Made by a program: the position numbers and the translations under genes. This document shows positions 26,268 through 39,957 of a stretch of 64,000 nucleotides of DNA, piece after piece (position 1 is the stretch's first letter; every line of letters begins with the position of its first letter). This DNA is from Chrysomallon squamiferum (taxonomy: Eukaryota > Animalia > Mollusca), in assembly GCA_012295275.1 (NCBI GenBank), contig CM022667.1, positions 5,456,001 to 5,520,000 on the forward strand. The letters are read 5' to 3'. The notes under the pieces are model-generated. The model saw nothing but the letters and a program-made list of their open reading frames with translations, did no database searches and was not told where the DNA came from.

Positions 26268-26786
26268 CTAGCAGACAAAATTAAATGACATTAAAAAGAT
26301 TAGCATAAAAAAATACAATGATTATAAACAAATACATTTCTTAGAACACTAATTTGTACGTATTCCTTTTTATTGATGTTATTATTACTACTACTACTAC
26401 TACTATTATTATTATTATTATTATTATTACTCCTACAACTAATACTTATTTATTTACTTATTATTTTGTTTAATGTTTTTTCCAAATTCTTGAACATCAT
26501 ATAGGCACTTAACTGAATATCCCGAACTAATATTAGAATATTTTTATACGTATATATTAGTGTAAAGTTATGGATATTTACAGTTTCTTATTTATTGCAA
26601 TTCATATGGTGAGCCTTGTTCTTTTTAAAAAATTAAAAATAAATACATAAAATTGAATCATCATTAAATCATAGAGATTTTTCAAAGAGAAAGAAGAAAT
26701 GAATTTTATCTTTAATATATGGATAAATTCATGCATATCTATCTAAATTTACACACACACACACACACAGAGAGAGACAGAGACAG

Positions 26787-26869
<83 letters not shown>

Positions 26870-27759
26870 AAAAATAAAATAATAATAATCTGTTTGACAC
26901 AAAATTGGTTAGTTTCTTTTATCTTGATGTTACCACAATGTTCAAAGTGTTCATGTTTTTCTTTTAATTGAATATTTGATTTTTTGTGGGGGATGCTTTA
27001 TGAATAATTTGTTGAAAAGAACATTAGATCTAAAAGCAATTCCACGGAAGGACTCCTGACTGGATTTTTCCCTAATATATTCTTAGTATACAAATATCAT
27101 TGATAAATTAATTTCAGAGAACCCTTGCTCTTTTTTTAATAATCTGCACAGATCTATAACTATCAATGACTTTTACGAAATGAATTATAACATATTACTT
27201 TTTAGATCTGATAAACGTTCCATTTAATATAACATCTATTTGGCTTCAAGAAGCCCAAATTCTATTATTTCTTTGACTTGTTAGATGGTATTTTCATAAC
27301 CCTCTTAATCTGTTAAACCGGGAGTTATTTGGAGCATTTATTTTGAGAAATTGGTTTATGATATCTGTTTATTCTTGAGCAGTTTGTTATTGTATCAGAG
27401 ATAGGTTCATTAATTCATTAATCAACAACACCAGTTGTATGCAGATAATTTAAAAAAAACAAACATATAACAACTATCATTTTGTCCTCTGAAAGAAAAT
27501 CTCAAGAAGTGAGTGTAGTGTATATCCGATATTCGCAATAGTGACACGTGTACTTTCCATGTGTGACGTAGTCTAATAGAATTTATTCCCATAGTGTTTT
27601 ACCCAAGTCCAACGTTGGTAAATATGTTAATAAACAAACAAACAAACAAATAAAGAAAGAAAGAAAGAAAGAAACAATGAAAGAAAGAAACAAACAAACA
27701 AATAAATGGATAAGAAAGTAGATTATTAAGAAACAAGATTAAAACATTGGAATATTCTC

Positions 27760-28070
27760 CCATAATTCTTTGAGACAACTTTTCAAGGTAACCAGCATGG
27801 GTTGAATTGTGCGAATTTCGACAGCTTCTAAACGAGTAGTATATTGGCTGACCGTGGTTAATGACTTTGAGGAATGCTGGTTACATTTTATTCTTTAACG
27901 GAAAGCTGCTTAATGCGACCCACCAGATACACTAGGAAACTGAAGGATGTTTATTCAAGGCTGAGCGAGCAGCAATATTCTAAAATATGTATGAAGTCAA
28001 TGGAAGGTATTTGGCAGTTTCAACAAAGTTTTGTTTGTGAATATCAAAGGATACAGAAGCTCTATCCTGT
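27760..28070 (-). mobile_element. Decayed non-LTR retrotransposon 3' fragment (RTE-like)
   Basis: Frameshifted minus-strand peptides TNKTLL / CQIPSIDFI / LVGRIKQL / SIPQ...HGQ resemble the RTE ORF C-terminus (ITNxEVL..AQIPSIE..WxGHVxRM..IPKxLLYGEL). Recognised from memory, not searched. Confidence 0.4.
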
Positions 28071-28519
28071 ATGATACATATGAACTCTAGATTTTGTGCC
28101 TGTAATAAAAGATTTAAGACAATCGTGTTTGTAGTTTATACAATTACTTTTTAGTTCTTCGGATCATCAGGTTAGAATGGTCAGAAGTGATAGTCTAATG
28201 ATTCTATTTGCTACGCCCAATTTATCATTTATCTATCTTGATTTTGGTTATTTAACATGAATACTTGCTTGGGGATCATTTCTTGATTTTGGTGAGCGCT
28301 TTTTAATGATAACAAGTACGTTTATTAAATATTATCTGGTGAAAAATATTATCTTGTGAAACATAAGTTGCATTATTCTGTAATAAAATTTTAATGTAAA
28401 TGAAATTTCTTATGTAATTATTGTAGAACGGTAACACACATTATAAAACAACAGCTGACTTTAACCCGAAATGTCGAACTTGTAATAGCTAAATAAAGGA
28501 ATGAAAATAGAAAACTAAC

Positions 28520-28589
28520 TTTGGCAGTTGACATTATGTAGGAGGCAGATCCAAAGAAACAAGTATTTCGACGCCATCATCATCAGCAT
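28520..28589 (-). CDS. Gene M2 signal-peptide exon MLMMMASKYLFLWICLLHNVNCQ
   Basis: ATG at 28589, 70 nt, phase-1 donor CAAA|GTTAGT; paralog of 16853-16922. Confidence 0.85.
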
Positions 28590-28620
28590 TGTGTACACCT
28601 GTTCTGTTTCTGTCCAGATA

Positions 28621-28710
28621 CGAACAAAACACGTGACTCTTGTTCGAGCGAGTGAGCTGACGTCAGCAGATTCTAAATACTGTACGACTTGTACTCAGAC
28701 GTACTCAGAG
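28621..28710 (-). promoter_or_regulatory. Putative M2 proximal promoter/5' regulatory block (E-box + CRE)
   Basis: CACGTG 28630-28635, TGACGTCA 28658-28665, CAGACGTACTCAGAG 28696-28710; matches the M1 block. Confidence 0.55.
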
Positions 28711-30155
28711 TGGACGATTTCTGTTTTAGATGAAATTTGAAACTAATAACGATGTAAACGTACAGGTATTTCAAGAAACTAATGATGATTTAAACATGCA
28801 GGTATTTCAAGAAAATCATACTGAACCTTACTGAAACCAGTTTAGGAAAATAGCAACAGACGTCAAACAGCAGATCGAGTTGATGAAACCAAAACGAGAA
28901 TAAATATCGGATTGCGATGGGAGACATTTGTTTAATTTATTTCATGTTCGTTACAAATATAATCAAATAAATTAATATTAAGTAAACAAATCCATAAATT
29001 TATAAATAAATAAATAATTATTTTTACTGTTCAAATTTTAGTATTGTGCACAGTAGAGAACCTTTTAAAAATTAGAATATTTTATAATGTTTTTCTTCAT
29101 ATTCATTGCTATTTTATTATTATTACTTGTGAATGTAGTACTGGCACTAGTAGTTGCAGTAGTAATGGTAGTAGTAGTAGTAGTAGTAACCACAGGAGAC
29201 TTACGTCGGGCGGTTTTTATTTTATTCGCACGATTTTTTCTTCCTTGAAAATCATCATGAAGCCCAAAAATATGATGTGATGAATTGTGAGGTTACACTA
29301 GGCAGTACAGAACATTGATTTGAATGTTGTCACGACATCTCTCTGTAAACACTTAATAATGCAGTAAGATTTTAACGCTTCGGAATACGGCAATATGGAT
29401 ATTTCCGTCCATACAGATATAACATAAAGTTCAGTAAAATAAAATAAATATTAATAAGAAGAATAAAAATAATAATAATTTGTTGTATTTTTTTTTTTTT
29501 TTTTTTTTTTGTTGTTGTTGTTGTTTTTTTAAATTCCGGATTGTTTCACTTTAAATGTTTATTTTTAATGGTGACATTAGTTATTAGTGAAATGTTGGTC
29601 AGTGTTTCATTTAAATGTGATTAGAAATATTTGATTAATACGCTCAGGTTCCAGTTTGCTTATTGAACACTAACTACAATATCACTGTTAAGTTAATAAC
29701 ACAAATATGAAAATATCTAGCTCAAAATCGAAACAACATAATTACATGTGCCACCATATAACCGCTAACGTGTAATGACATGACTTTCATTTATTTATTT
29801 AATTAATTATTTATTTATTTACATCAAAATACATATTCTGTGGACCTCAGTATATTCGCGTATCATACGGCACGACCAACACAACATTGTTATTGTAAAC
29901 ACAGCTGACAACAGAACAATACAAATCAGATTTCCCCGTAGCTTACATTCCACAGCTTTCCAACACGGTGTCCTTTTCTTTCAACATCATGGCGTTCTGC
30001 CAGCTTAAAAAGGCTGTCAGTATTTGTTTTTATAGTTTACATTTAATTTTTAATTTTGTATTATTATTATTATTATGTTGTTGTTTTTTTTTCGTTTAAT
30101 GAACGAAACTTATAGTTTCATATAATAAATATAGGTATTTGGCTTTTTCGATTTG

Positions 30156-30194
<39 letters not shown>

Positions 30195-30235
30195 TTCATT
30201 CATTCATTCATTCATTTATTATTATTTATAATCAG

Positions 30236-30260
30236 CGTAAACATTATTTTATCTTCTTAG
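30236..30260 (+). pseudogene. Relic terminal exon of a lost plus-strand paralog
   Basis: atcAG|C GTA AAC ATT ATT TTA TCT TCT TAG ((C)VNIILSS*) matches P1 terminal exon (C)YVKIIFSF*; downstream sequence 30261-30318 aligns with 39184-39240. Confidence 0.5.
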
Positions 30261-30293
30261 AGGAAAAGGATGTTGAATTTTTGAGAAACATAA

Positions 30294-30531
30294 ACTATTC
30301 TGCACGGATATTGTTGACTATCTCTCCGTGGTCAATATCTTGATTTATATAGGTATTTAACTTCCTGCTTTTATTATTTATTTATTTATTTATTTATTTA
30401 TCTTGCGTCAACTGAAGTTTTCTAAAATGTTATGTCAAACAAAGATTTAATTTCACATGAAAAAAATCTTTCAGTCAGTTTATTGAACAACAATTTATAA
30501 TCCAGAGCGCTTTAATATCCCAGAATATCAG

Positions 30532-30569
<38 letters not shown>

Positions 30570-31501
30570 CTTTTACCCGTACATCAGTTGACTTTATTTG
30601 CATAATTAGGACTATTTATACTTTAGCTTGAACGTTAAAAACGTTGATATAGCATGTACTGATAATTACAGCTTTTGCAGACAAACTAGATCACAAGTGG
30701 CTGTGAAAAGGTTAGATATATATATATATTTTTTTTTTTTTGGCTTTTTTTTTTTTCATAAAATACCTACAGGATATTTTTATTTTGACTCATTTTGTTT
30801 TTCAAAATTCTTATCCTTTAAATTATTAGTTTTATCATAGCATTCAAATAAAACAATTATGACAAGGAAATATTACTGAAACTATTAAATATTTTAAAGT
30901 GAAAATGGTTTATCAAATAAAGTACATCATTTAGAATGGTTTATGAGGCATTTTAGAACATGTAGACAGATTTTTATATATGAGCTTATGAACTGACGAG
31001 GGGAGGTAATAATTAGGGCTGCAAATGCTATTAATATGATGTCTAGAAGCTTTCTCTCTCATGACGTCACTTGGCAGACGTAATCAGAGATGCGTTCTTC
31101 GAGTCAGTACTAAACAATAACAGATTACAACATTAATGTTGAATGTGGACCAGTAGTATTATCGTTGATTTACGGTATGTTAAAATATTTCATTGCTCAT
31201 TTCTGCATAACTTGTAGGCTGTAGTGTCAGGTATACTATCTGTTATAACGATGAAGGACACATTTTCAAATGACGTCATCAAACATAAGGGATTGTTTTC
31301 TTTTTGGTTTCCGTTGTGGTGTGTTTACGTCGTATTCGATTACAAAATTGGGATATTTCAAAATAATTCGATCCATATGTTAGTAGAAACTATGTTTATA
31401 TATAAATAAATAAATAAATAATAAAAGCAGGAAGTTAAATACCTATATAAATCAAGATATTGACCACGGAGAGATAGTCAACAATATCCGTGCAGAATAG
31501 T
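30294..31501. repeat. Perfect 100-bp inverted repeat (30294-30393 / 31402-31501) enclosing the P1 promoter and first exon
   Basis: Base-by-base reverse complement, about 80 nt of it unique sequence; imperfect outward extension ttttgagaa / ttctcaaaa. Confidence 0.95.
31062..31174 (+). promoter_or_regulatory. Gene P1 core promoter and non-coding exon 1
   Basis: TGACGTCA 31062-31069, CAGACGTAATCAGAG 31075-31089, Inr-like TCAGT 31104-31108, donor TACG|GTATGT at 31174; same motifs in the same order at 39958-40107. Confidence 0.65.
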
Positions 31502-31726
31502 ACGCTTCTCAAAAACTTTAGTAGTAGTAGTAGTAGTAGTACAAATCTAATTCCTGAAATAGATATGTTCATACCTTCGAATACTTGTTCCTGCTAAATC
31601 TTGAAAGTACCGTTTTTAAACGTTGTTTTTGTTAATTTGGCATTTGAAACTGATACAAGTAATATTGTGATTGTGTCAGATATACTTGTCTTGTTATCTG
31701 GCTGTGAAGTATATGTAAATGAGATA

Positions 31727-31783
<57 letters not shown>

Positions 31784-32278
31784 CTACTGTTTCTTATCTA
31801 AGTGCCATCATTATTATTTTATGATTATGATAATTTCTGTTTATGCTTATCTGTATATATTTTTATGTAGTATGTATCTATGTATGTGTTTCAGTATGCA
31901 TACGTTTTATATGCATGAATATATCTGCGAATGTGTTGTGTGTGCTACCTGTATTTTATATGTATACAGGTACGTATTTATTTAGTGTATATGTGTAACT
32001 AGATCGTGCTGTATTGACATATTTTGCTGTTTCCTTATTTCTTTGGATATTTAATTTGTTATCAATTATTTTAATTGTTTTGCATTGTGTATTCAATGAA
32101 ACGGGTATAGCAGCATTCCGAAAGCATGCACGCACTCACAAAACCATGCACTCAAAGATTTATGTAAAACAGGATGAAAGAATGCACACGTAATTAAATT
32201 ACTGTTTTGTAAAAGAGGAATTGCAGATAATGAATAAAATCTTTTTTATTCTTTCTTTTTTTCTCTCTCCGAACAGAA

Positions 32279-32348
32279 ATGTTTTATTATTCGACTGTTC
32301 TTCATATTAGTGGGATTGTTCTTCCATTTGTCTTGAACTGTGCTGAAG
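32279..32348 (+). CDS. Gene P1 signal-peptide exon MFYYSTVLHISGIVLPFVLNCAE
   Basis: Long pyrimidine tract then acAG|AAATG; 70 coding nt; GAAG|GTAAGT phase-1 donor; paralog at 45089-45158. Confidence 0.88.
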
Positions 32349-33220
32349 GTAAGTTTACTGTAATACAAACAATCTAAATTATGCTTAAGCATATCTCAAA
32401 AAAAGTTTATGAAAAAACATTTTACACTGATGTACGTACGTATGTTGTAATGAATTTTGTTATTATCTTTTTCATTCTTCTCGATGTTTGTGTATGTTTT
32501 AGACATGATCAGATATTCTGTATAATATTTTATAATGTTATAAAAGATTATGAACAGGCAATATAATAATACCTTAAAAGGTAAAGAAATACGTTTGTTG
32601 TTGTTTTTTTAAATCATTTTCACTTTTAAATTTAAAATAAATAATAAATAAATAAAAAAATAAAAATATTTCGAAAAATTCATAAAGTGAAAATAAAAAC
32701 AAAAGATAAGAAAATGAAAAGAAAATAATAGAGAAATAAAGAAATAAGAAAAATATAAAGTTTGAAGATGAGCACATGATTTTTCGATTTTTCCTCTAGC
32801 TAAACTGAGGTTAAAATGTAAAAAAAACTATTTTCTCTTTGTCGAGACAAAGAAAAGTAAATACACTTTAAAATGAAAAGTTAAACTTCATTTATTTCTG
32901 GAAATAATTTCTTGAGTTGGTATATAGCACGTATGCATATTACAGAAACTGCCGAAAGTAATAGCATTGAATAATTTCAAACTAGTGATGATTGGTTCTT
33001 CATAATAAATAGTGTAATAACATTCATTACTGAGTATTCGTATCACCGAATTTCGTACACAGTTTTTATAATCATTATTAATTTATGATTATGATCATTT
33101 CTATTTACGTTGAGGAGAATATATTTCACTTTAAATCTTTCAGGGTTTTCTTTGGTGGGGGGTTGTTTCTTTTTTTTGGTGTTTTTTTAATAAATAAATA
33201 AATTATGAAACATTGTGAAC

Positions 33221-33346
33221 CATTGATCATAATCATATGACAAATCAATAAATAACATATTAGTGCACATGCAGAAATACTTGAAAATATAATCTTTTCA
33301 TAAATCTCTAGATAATAGCGATTTTCTATTTATTTTGTTTTGTTTG

Positions 33347-33384
<38 letters not shown>

Positions 33385-33634
33385 TATAAGATAATATATT
33401 TTCAGCAGATAAAGTTTTATTTAATGCACTTTTTTATTTTATTTTATTTTATAAAATTAATTGTTGATATAGTTTAGTTTATTCACTTTTGACTGGAAAT
33501 ACTTTACATGTACATACGTACTGCTTGATTGATTTAAGAATGTTTATATAATGCACCTGTCTTTGTGATATTTCAGCATTATTTTATTATTTAATTTTTT
33601 TCAATTTTAACTGCAAAAGCCTAATTTACTTTAT

Positions 33635-33672
<38 letters not shown>

Positions 33673-35330
33673 CATACATGTATATTACAGATATAGACAG
33701 AGACATACGTATATACTGCATACATATACATACGTACTGATTAATGTTTATAGGCATAGGATAACCAGTAACATGGTGAAAATTATCAAAACTCAGGGTT
33801 TGATGGAATTAATTAAACCACATTCAACAGATCAAAATGCTTTTTAAACTATCCTAACCAGATTCACACTTTCAGAATAATTACAGATTTCGTATTAAAG
33901 AATTAGGTCTTTTCACAAACATACTTATTGTTCATGCTTGCCAAATGTGGGAAAATTTGAAGTTTAAATGCAAAGTCTGTATATAAAAACAACATGTTTT
34001 GTTTACTAACTTGATTTTATTTACATTCAAGTTTTAAAATAATTATTTTATTTTGTCTGCTACGAATAATTTCTGCCCTTTTGTCAACAATGAAATTAAT
34101 TAATTCAGTGTTTCTGAGTATGACTCAATGATCAACAGTGGTAATAGCTCCTTTGGCAATTATGTAATATGTATTTATTACATTTTTTATGTTGTACGTG
34201 TGTTTACGTGTGGTCAAAATACTATGTTAAATTCATTTGCTTTTATATTAATTACAAATTACCTGGTCATACATTTCTGTTTTCATACAGTATTATTTGA
34301 GCACAAGTACAAATCTGTATTTTTCAGGATATTCAGTACTTCTCTCTGGGTTACCAAACCACCCATCCTATACTCTGATCTGCACAGTGAAAGATGCTGC
34401 TGGGCTTGATGATCTTATAGTGTTCAAGAGGCAAACATCGCCAATGTTCGTTTCTTCAATAGAACAATCTCCTATAAAAGGATGTTTTGTGTTCAATAAT
34501 CCACTACCAGGTTACGTTGCAAGTTGTGGAAATGGCACAGAGGACACTGAATCACAGACTAAAACTTACTCTCTGGAGATAAATAGTGTTAAAGATGTAG
34601 ACCATACTCTTTGGTGGTGCTCACTGCAAACAAATAAAACACATAGCAAGACTCACAGATTAATATTTGAAAGTAAGTTGATATCACTTAATGATTTGTT
34701 TATTTTAGAAAAATATTTATTTTCTTTTTTCTACAGAGACATACATTGCTAACATTTCATATATCTATGTACTTTGTCAGAGGTACGTATTAATGCATTT
34801 CAGAAACAAAGTTTATGTGCATCGAAGTCACGTCAAAGTAGAAAGATCAATGAAAATAATCGTTTTTTTTTTTTTTAATACAAACTGATATATTCCACAA
34901 ACTATATAATTACTAACAATTTAGAGCTTAACCATTTTTCCTCAAAGAACAAAGAGCACAAAATAATGAATGGTTTGTTTTAAGTAATCACTAAAAATGT
35001 ATTACCTAATTATCATGACATGATTAATCAAACACAGACAAACTGTTCTAAGAAAACGTTGCATTTACATTTTTAGTCACATTGGCTGTTTATGTTTTAC
35101 TGACCAGTTTAAAATGAGAAAACATGCACATGTTGAAAACTGTTGAAGAAATCTAATTATTCTGAAAGTTTTAATCCGGTTAGGATAATTCAAAAAGTAT
35201 TTTGATCTGTTGAATGTGGTTTAATTTATTCCATCAAACCCTGAGTTTTGATATTTTTCACCATGTGACTGGCTATCCTATGCCGCCACACATATACACA
35301 TTAACCAGTAGTGTGTGTGTGTGTGTGTGT

Positions 35331-35367
<37 letters not shown>

Positions 35368-35752
35368 TAGATATATAAAGTAAATTAGCCTTTTGCAGTT
35401 AAAACTGAATAAATTTAATTAATAAAATAATACGGAAATATCACAAAGACAGGTCCATAATATAAACATTCTTAAATCAAACAACCAGTACGTATGTATA
35501 TGTAAAGTATTTCCAGTTAAAATTGAATAAAATAAAATATATTAACAATTACTCTATCAAAAATAAAATAAAATATAAAAAAAAAGTACATCAAACAAAT
35601 CTTTATCTGCTGAAAATATATTACCTTACACAGAAAAAAATAAAAATAAAAAATAAAAAAATCGCTAGTATCTAGATATTTATGAAAAGATTATATTTCT
35701 GCCTCTCCATTAAAGTGTTATTTATTGATTTATCATATTAGTATGATCAATG
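33221..35752. repeat. Long imperfect inverted repeat (33221-33891 / 35148-35752) flanking the P1 Ig exon
   Basis: For example 33784-33806 tatcaaaactcagggtttgatgg is the reverse complement of 35231-35253; colinear inverted homology along the whole arms, with substitutions and indels. Confidence 0.92.
34328..34672 (+). CDS. Gene P1 Ig V-like exon (same family as M1/M2 exons)
   Basis: tttttcAG|GA...GAA A|GTAAGT; 345 nt, phase 1-1; YTLIC...YSLEI...DHTLWWC. Confidence 0.92.
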
Positions 35753-36417
35753 ATTGCCAACGCGGGCGCACTCCCCACGGGGGGTGAATTTCAAAGTGAT
35801 ACAACACAACCAAACTTCTAGCTACAGTTCGTCTACACGTCATCGTGTATCTGGCAGCCGCTACTAGCAGTTTGTTTACACTCTGGAGCTGATTTTAATC
35901 ACAGCTGCATCGCATGTCACAGATCGCTGTCGCACAACGATGAGTCTATTAAAGCTATATTCAGATTTATGAAGAGCAGAGGCTCAATACTCAACTAATT
36001 TGGCAAGAAAAAACTGTTACCTTTCCCATCCTCATATCTGGTAGAATGTGCTTTTGGTGCTGTCAGTGACTTATTACTGAAAAAAAAACAAATTGATTGG
36101 ATAACACAAAACAAGGAGATTTAAGTTCAAAACTGATTTCATTAATCCCTCGAATACAAACACATAAAGGTCAAGGGTCTCACTAACTGACTAACTTGCA
36201 TTATTTTATCTTGAGTAAGGTAGGTTTAAGTTGAACTTAAATTAGAAAAAAAAAATGGTTTGCCTAATGTTTAGCTTTGTTTAATTAAAGGATTTCTACA
36301 TTACATTACAGTAATTACATTTTTCAAAACTCATTTTGCTTTTATATCAAAGGGAACGTAAGCGTATTTTTAGATATTGAGGTAGAGAATGGAACAAAAG
36401 AGGTTGAGAAGCACTGG
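35748..36417 (+). mobile_element. Internally deleted hAT (Buster/Charlie-type) DNA transposon
   Basis: 36017-36186 encodes LPFPSSYLVECAFGAVSDLLLKK...GDL...PRIQTHKGQGSH* (hAT C-terminal dimerisation region); ends caatgattgccaac / gttgagaagcactg; flanks agtatgat / attatgat resemble an 8-bp TSD. Confidence 0.75.
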
Positions 36418-37520
36418 ATTATGATACTGATTATTAGTTAGATTCTTTTTTTCATCTTTATTCTTACCTGCACTTTTCCTCATAACACTTTGGAGGTGAC
36501 ATATATATATATATGCTGTTCTTGAGGCAAGTGGGTCATTCACTGTTTATAGTTGCACGAGTATATCAAACTGAAATGAATGTCTACCAGATATCTGCAA
36601 TATCGTGTCCCCTTGTCACACTCAGTGGTGGATGGGGTAAAGAAGAAGAATATGAAGCAGACGAGATAATTGCAATCTATGTTGAAACCGCAAACATTAT
36701 TTCACATTTACATTTTATGATGAAAAACCCAGGTACCATTTGAATTTAATCAAGAATACGTAGGTCAACCACTGATAAACATGGCCAACATTTATCAGTT
36801 CATCTAATAATAACACATGGCACAAAATAAATAAATAAATTTGCAGTAATCTCTCATCATTGCTGAGAGGATGAAGATTTGTGAAAATATACAACTTATC
36901 GCAACAAAGATTTTTACCTTATTTTTAGTAAATCCTCCTTCCAGACCAGATATCTTAATGTATCTGAGAAACTTTATGTTAAGCATATATTATGATGCGT
37001 TAGTTGCAAGAAGTATGGATTTTTGCAGAAATAAGCAGACTTCTCGTTAAAATGACCATGGCTGCAAGTTTATCGATAGGCAGACATTTTTCATACATGA
37101 TGTAAATTGGACAAAAATGGGTTGAACAAGATAGTGTTGAAAAAACAACGATGAAGCTAGGAAACCGGATATCACACCATCTGCTAAGACACAAAAATCT
37201 TAGGCTGCTGCCATTCAGTTACCTGTCAAAAGAGTCAGAATACACAGGGACTTAACGTCTTTTCTGATTAATACGAATATAGACATTTCTCAGATGTTCA
37301 AAACAGAGAAAACAACAACAACAACAAACAAACAAACATAAAACAATCCCATAATCCGCCATATACGTCAGGTTCTGAGATGCCAGTAAAAGTAAGATTT
37401 GCAAAAAGTAAATATCTTCACGAGGATTGGTAAGAAATTAGTTAACACTTAAAATTACAAACACTATGGAACTGCTTGTTGACAACCTATAATAATAATA
37501 ATGATTATTATTATTATTAT

Positions 37521-37552
<32 letters not shown>

Positions 37553-38329
37553 TTATAAGAAACGAAAAATTAAAAGGTAATGCATGTAGAAAATTAATAT
37601 TATTACTTTTTAAAAAATATTTTGTTATGAGCCTAATTTAAGAAAAATAATGTAAACAGAATTATTACTTCATTTAAATTCCGGTTTCTCATTGTGATAG
37701 CCCCAATTACAACACCACGGACCGGTGTGATATTGGTACATGCATATATAATAATTGTCAAAAATCTTAATGTAAAGACTTTATACATGTTTTTTATTTC
37801 AGTACATAAAGATATTAATTTTGATACGCTTTTAGATAGTTCATATAATTAATGATTCAATATTTCTAATATTAATATGCAAAACAAGCTATATGAGTCA
37901 TATTTTATAAATTTATAGACACGAATTACAAGTAATTATGACACACAATTTTGAAAAATAAGCTGCCATGATTAGATCTTTTCCAGTAACAAGCAATCTG
38001 TTTTCCAGTAACAACAGCAGTATCAACAACAACAGTAATGATAATGACTGGCCAGTATCGATCAGTCTTCACACACAATTCACTACTGAAACTGAAAACG
38101 ATTATTCTGACATTAAGAAACATCGATCGACGAAGATAAATTTGGCAGTAAATATAGTTATAAAGCAATATTTCAGTTATAATGAATGCATACGTATGGC
38201 TGTAGATTGCCTCGGTAGATATATGTACGTGACCTCAATGATTATAGGTAGATATATTTACGGATATCCATTATATGACACAGGAAGCAACAAATTACGT
38301 GTATGAAAAGTACTGCTTTTACTGTCTTA

Positions 38330-38625
38330 ACGTGCTCTGTATTACATGACGTAACAAGCTCTGCCTTACATGTCGTAACGAGCTCTATGACGTGTTACAG
38401 TGAGCTCTGCTTTACGTATTAAAATTAATTCAGTTTCTGTGTTATAACTAGTTATGCTTTATTTTATAGTGAGCTTTGTTTCCCGTGTTACAACGAGCTC
38501 TGCTTTACGTACTAAAATTAACTCAGTTTTGTCTGTCATAACGAGCTGTGCTTTATATAATAATGAGATTTGTTTTCCGAGTTCTGCTTTACGTATTAAA
38601 CTTGTTACAGCGAGCTCTGTTTCAC
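38330..38625. repeat. Degenerate minisatellite (core ACGAGCTCTGCTTTACGT); paralog at about 52060-52300
   Basis: Repeated gagctctgctttacgt variants; lies within the homologous blocks of about 38350-39075 and 52055-52715. Confidence 0.7.
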
Positions 38626-38801
38626 GTCTTTTTTACAATTTTTCATATTATGTCTATACACATTCATGCCGAAATCTACACTGCATGTTGTAATAAGCTC
38701 TACGTTGTCTGTAAAAGAAAGACAACTAAACAAAAATAAACAAAAATAAACACAATTAATCAAAACATTCCGTAGATTAGAATAATGTTATGGTATTAAA
38801 A

Positions 38802-38832
<31 letters not shown>

Positions 38833-38920
38833 GTCTATGCATTAAAGATATATTTAAATGAGATAAATATATGTAAATAAGAAAACACGTCTGATTATTA
38901 TTCTATTCTGATTTTTCCAG

Positions 38921-38984
38921 ATGCCGTATCACTTGCCGCCTGCACAAGGTCTGTAGTATCGACAATTATTGTGTGCATTATTTG
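38921..38984 (+). CDS. Gene P1 penultimate exon (start of GPI-like tail, xAVSLAACTRSVVSTIIVCII)
   Basis: tttttccAG acceptor, TG|GTAAGT donor; 64 nt, phase 1 to 2; same size and splice positions conserved at 52553-52616. Confidence 0.75.
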
Positions 38985-38989
38985 GTAAG

Positions 38990-39116
<127 letters not shown>

Positions 39117-39155
39117 TTTGTTCACTTAATCCTCTTTTCTTTTCTTTTTTTTCAG

Positions 39156-39183
39156 CTATGTGAAGATCATTTTTTCTTTTTAA
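39156..39183 (+). CDS. Gene P1 terminal coding exon ((C)YVKIIFSF*)
   Basis: Strong pyrimidine tract plus cAG; phase 2 completes a hydrophobic C-terminus ending at TAA 39181-39183. Confidence 0.65.
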
Positions 39184-39431
39184 AGGAATGGAATATTGAA
39201 TTTTCCAGAAATACAAACTGTTCTACACTGATATTGTTGATAGTTCACTGACTGACTGGTATCCGCAACAATATTTATTTATTTATTTATTTTATTTATT
39301 TATTTATTTATTTTGCGCCAATTGATGTTTTACAAAATGTTATGTGAAATAAAGAGTTCATTTCACATGAAATAAATATTTTAGCCTGTTTATTCATCAC
39401 CAATTTATTATCCCAGTATGTCATTAACACA

Positions 39432-39535
<104 letters not shown>

Positions 39536-39957
39536 CGTTTACTCCTAAATCTGTTGAACCCTTTTTGTCCTTTTGCTTGAAAGACACAGTGTTGATATGG
39601 TATGAATTGATAATTACAGCTTTTGTATGCACAGATGATGTGAAGACGAACTAGTTATAACTGACATCAGAATTAATGCAAGTATACGATGTCTTTCAAT
39701 ATACAGTAGTCTCGCGCGATTAAAATTATGTACGTGCTGATACAGATTTATTTATAATGCACATGGAATGTTCTAGATTACTGGCTGTGAAAAGATTAGA
39801 TCTTTGTTTTCTACCTTTTCCATAATATATGTACAGATTTATTTATTTATTTATTTCTCTATTTATTATTTTAGAACATGCGGACACATTTATATGTATG
39901 CGCTTCTCAACTGATGACATAATATAATAATCAGGGCTACGTTACCTTTCTTTCACA

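Noticed and set aside
30294-35752. Idea that the P1 head is the inverted missing 5' end of the minus-strand array
   Set aside because: Both minus-strand genes have their own leader exons (16853-16922, 28520-28589), and P1 has its own tail exons.
38330-38625. Spaced short repeats resembling a CRISPR array
   Set aside because: Degenerate repeats with irregular, mutually similar spacers in a eukaryotic intron and no cas genes; it is a minisatellite.
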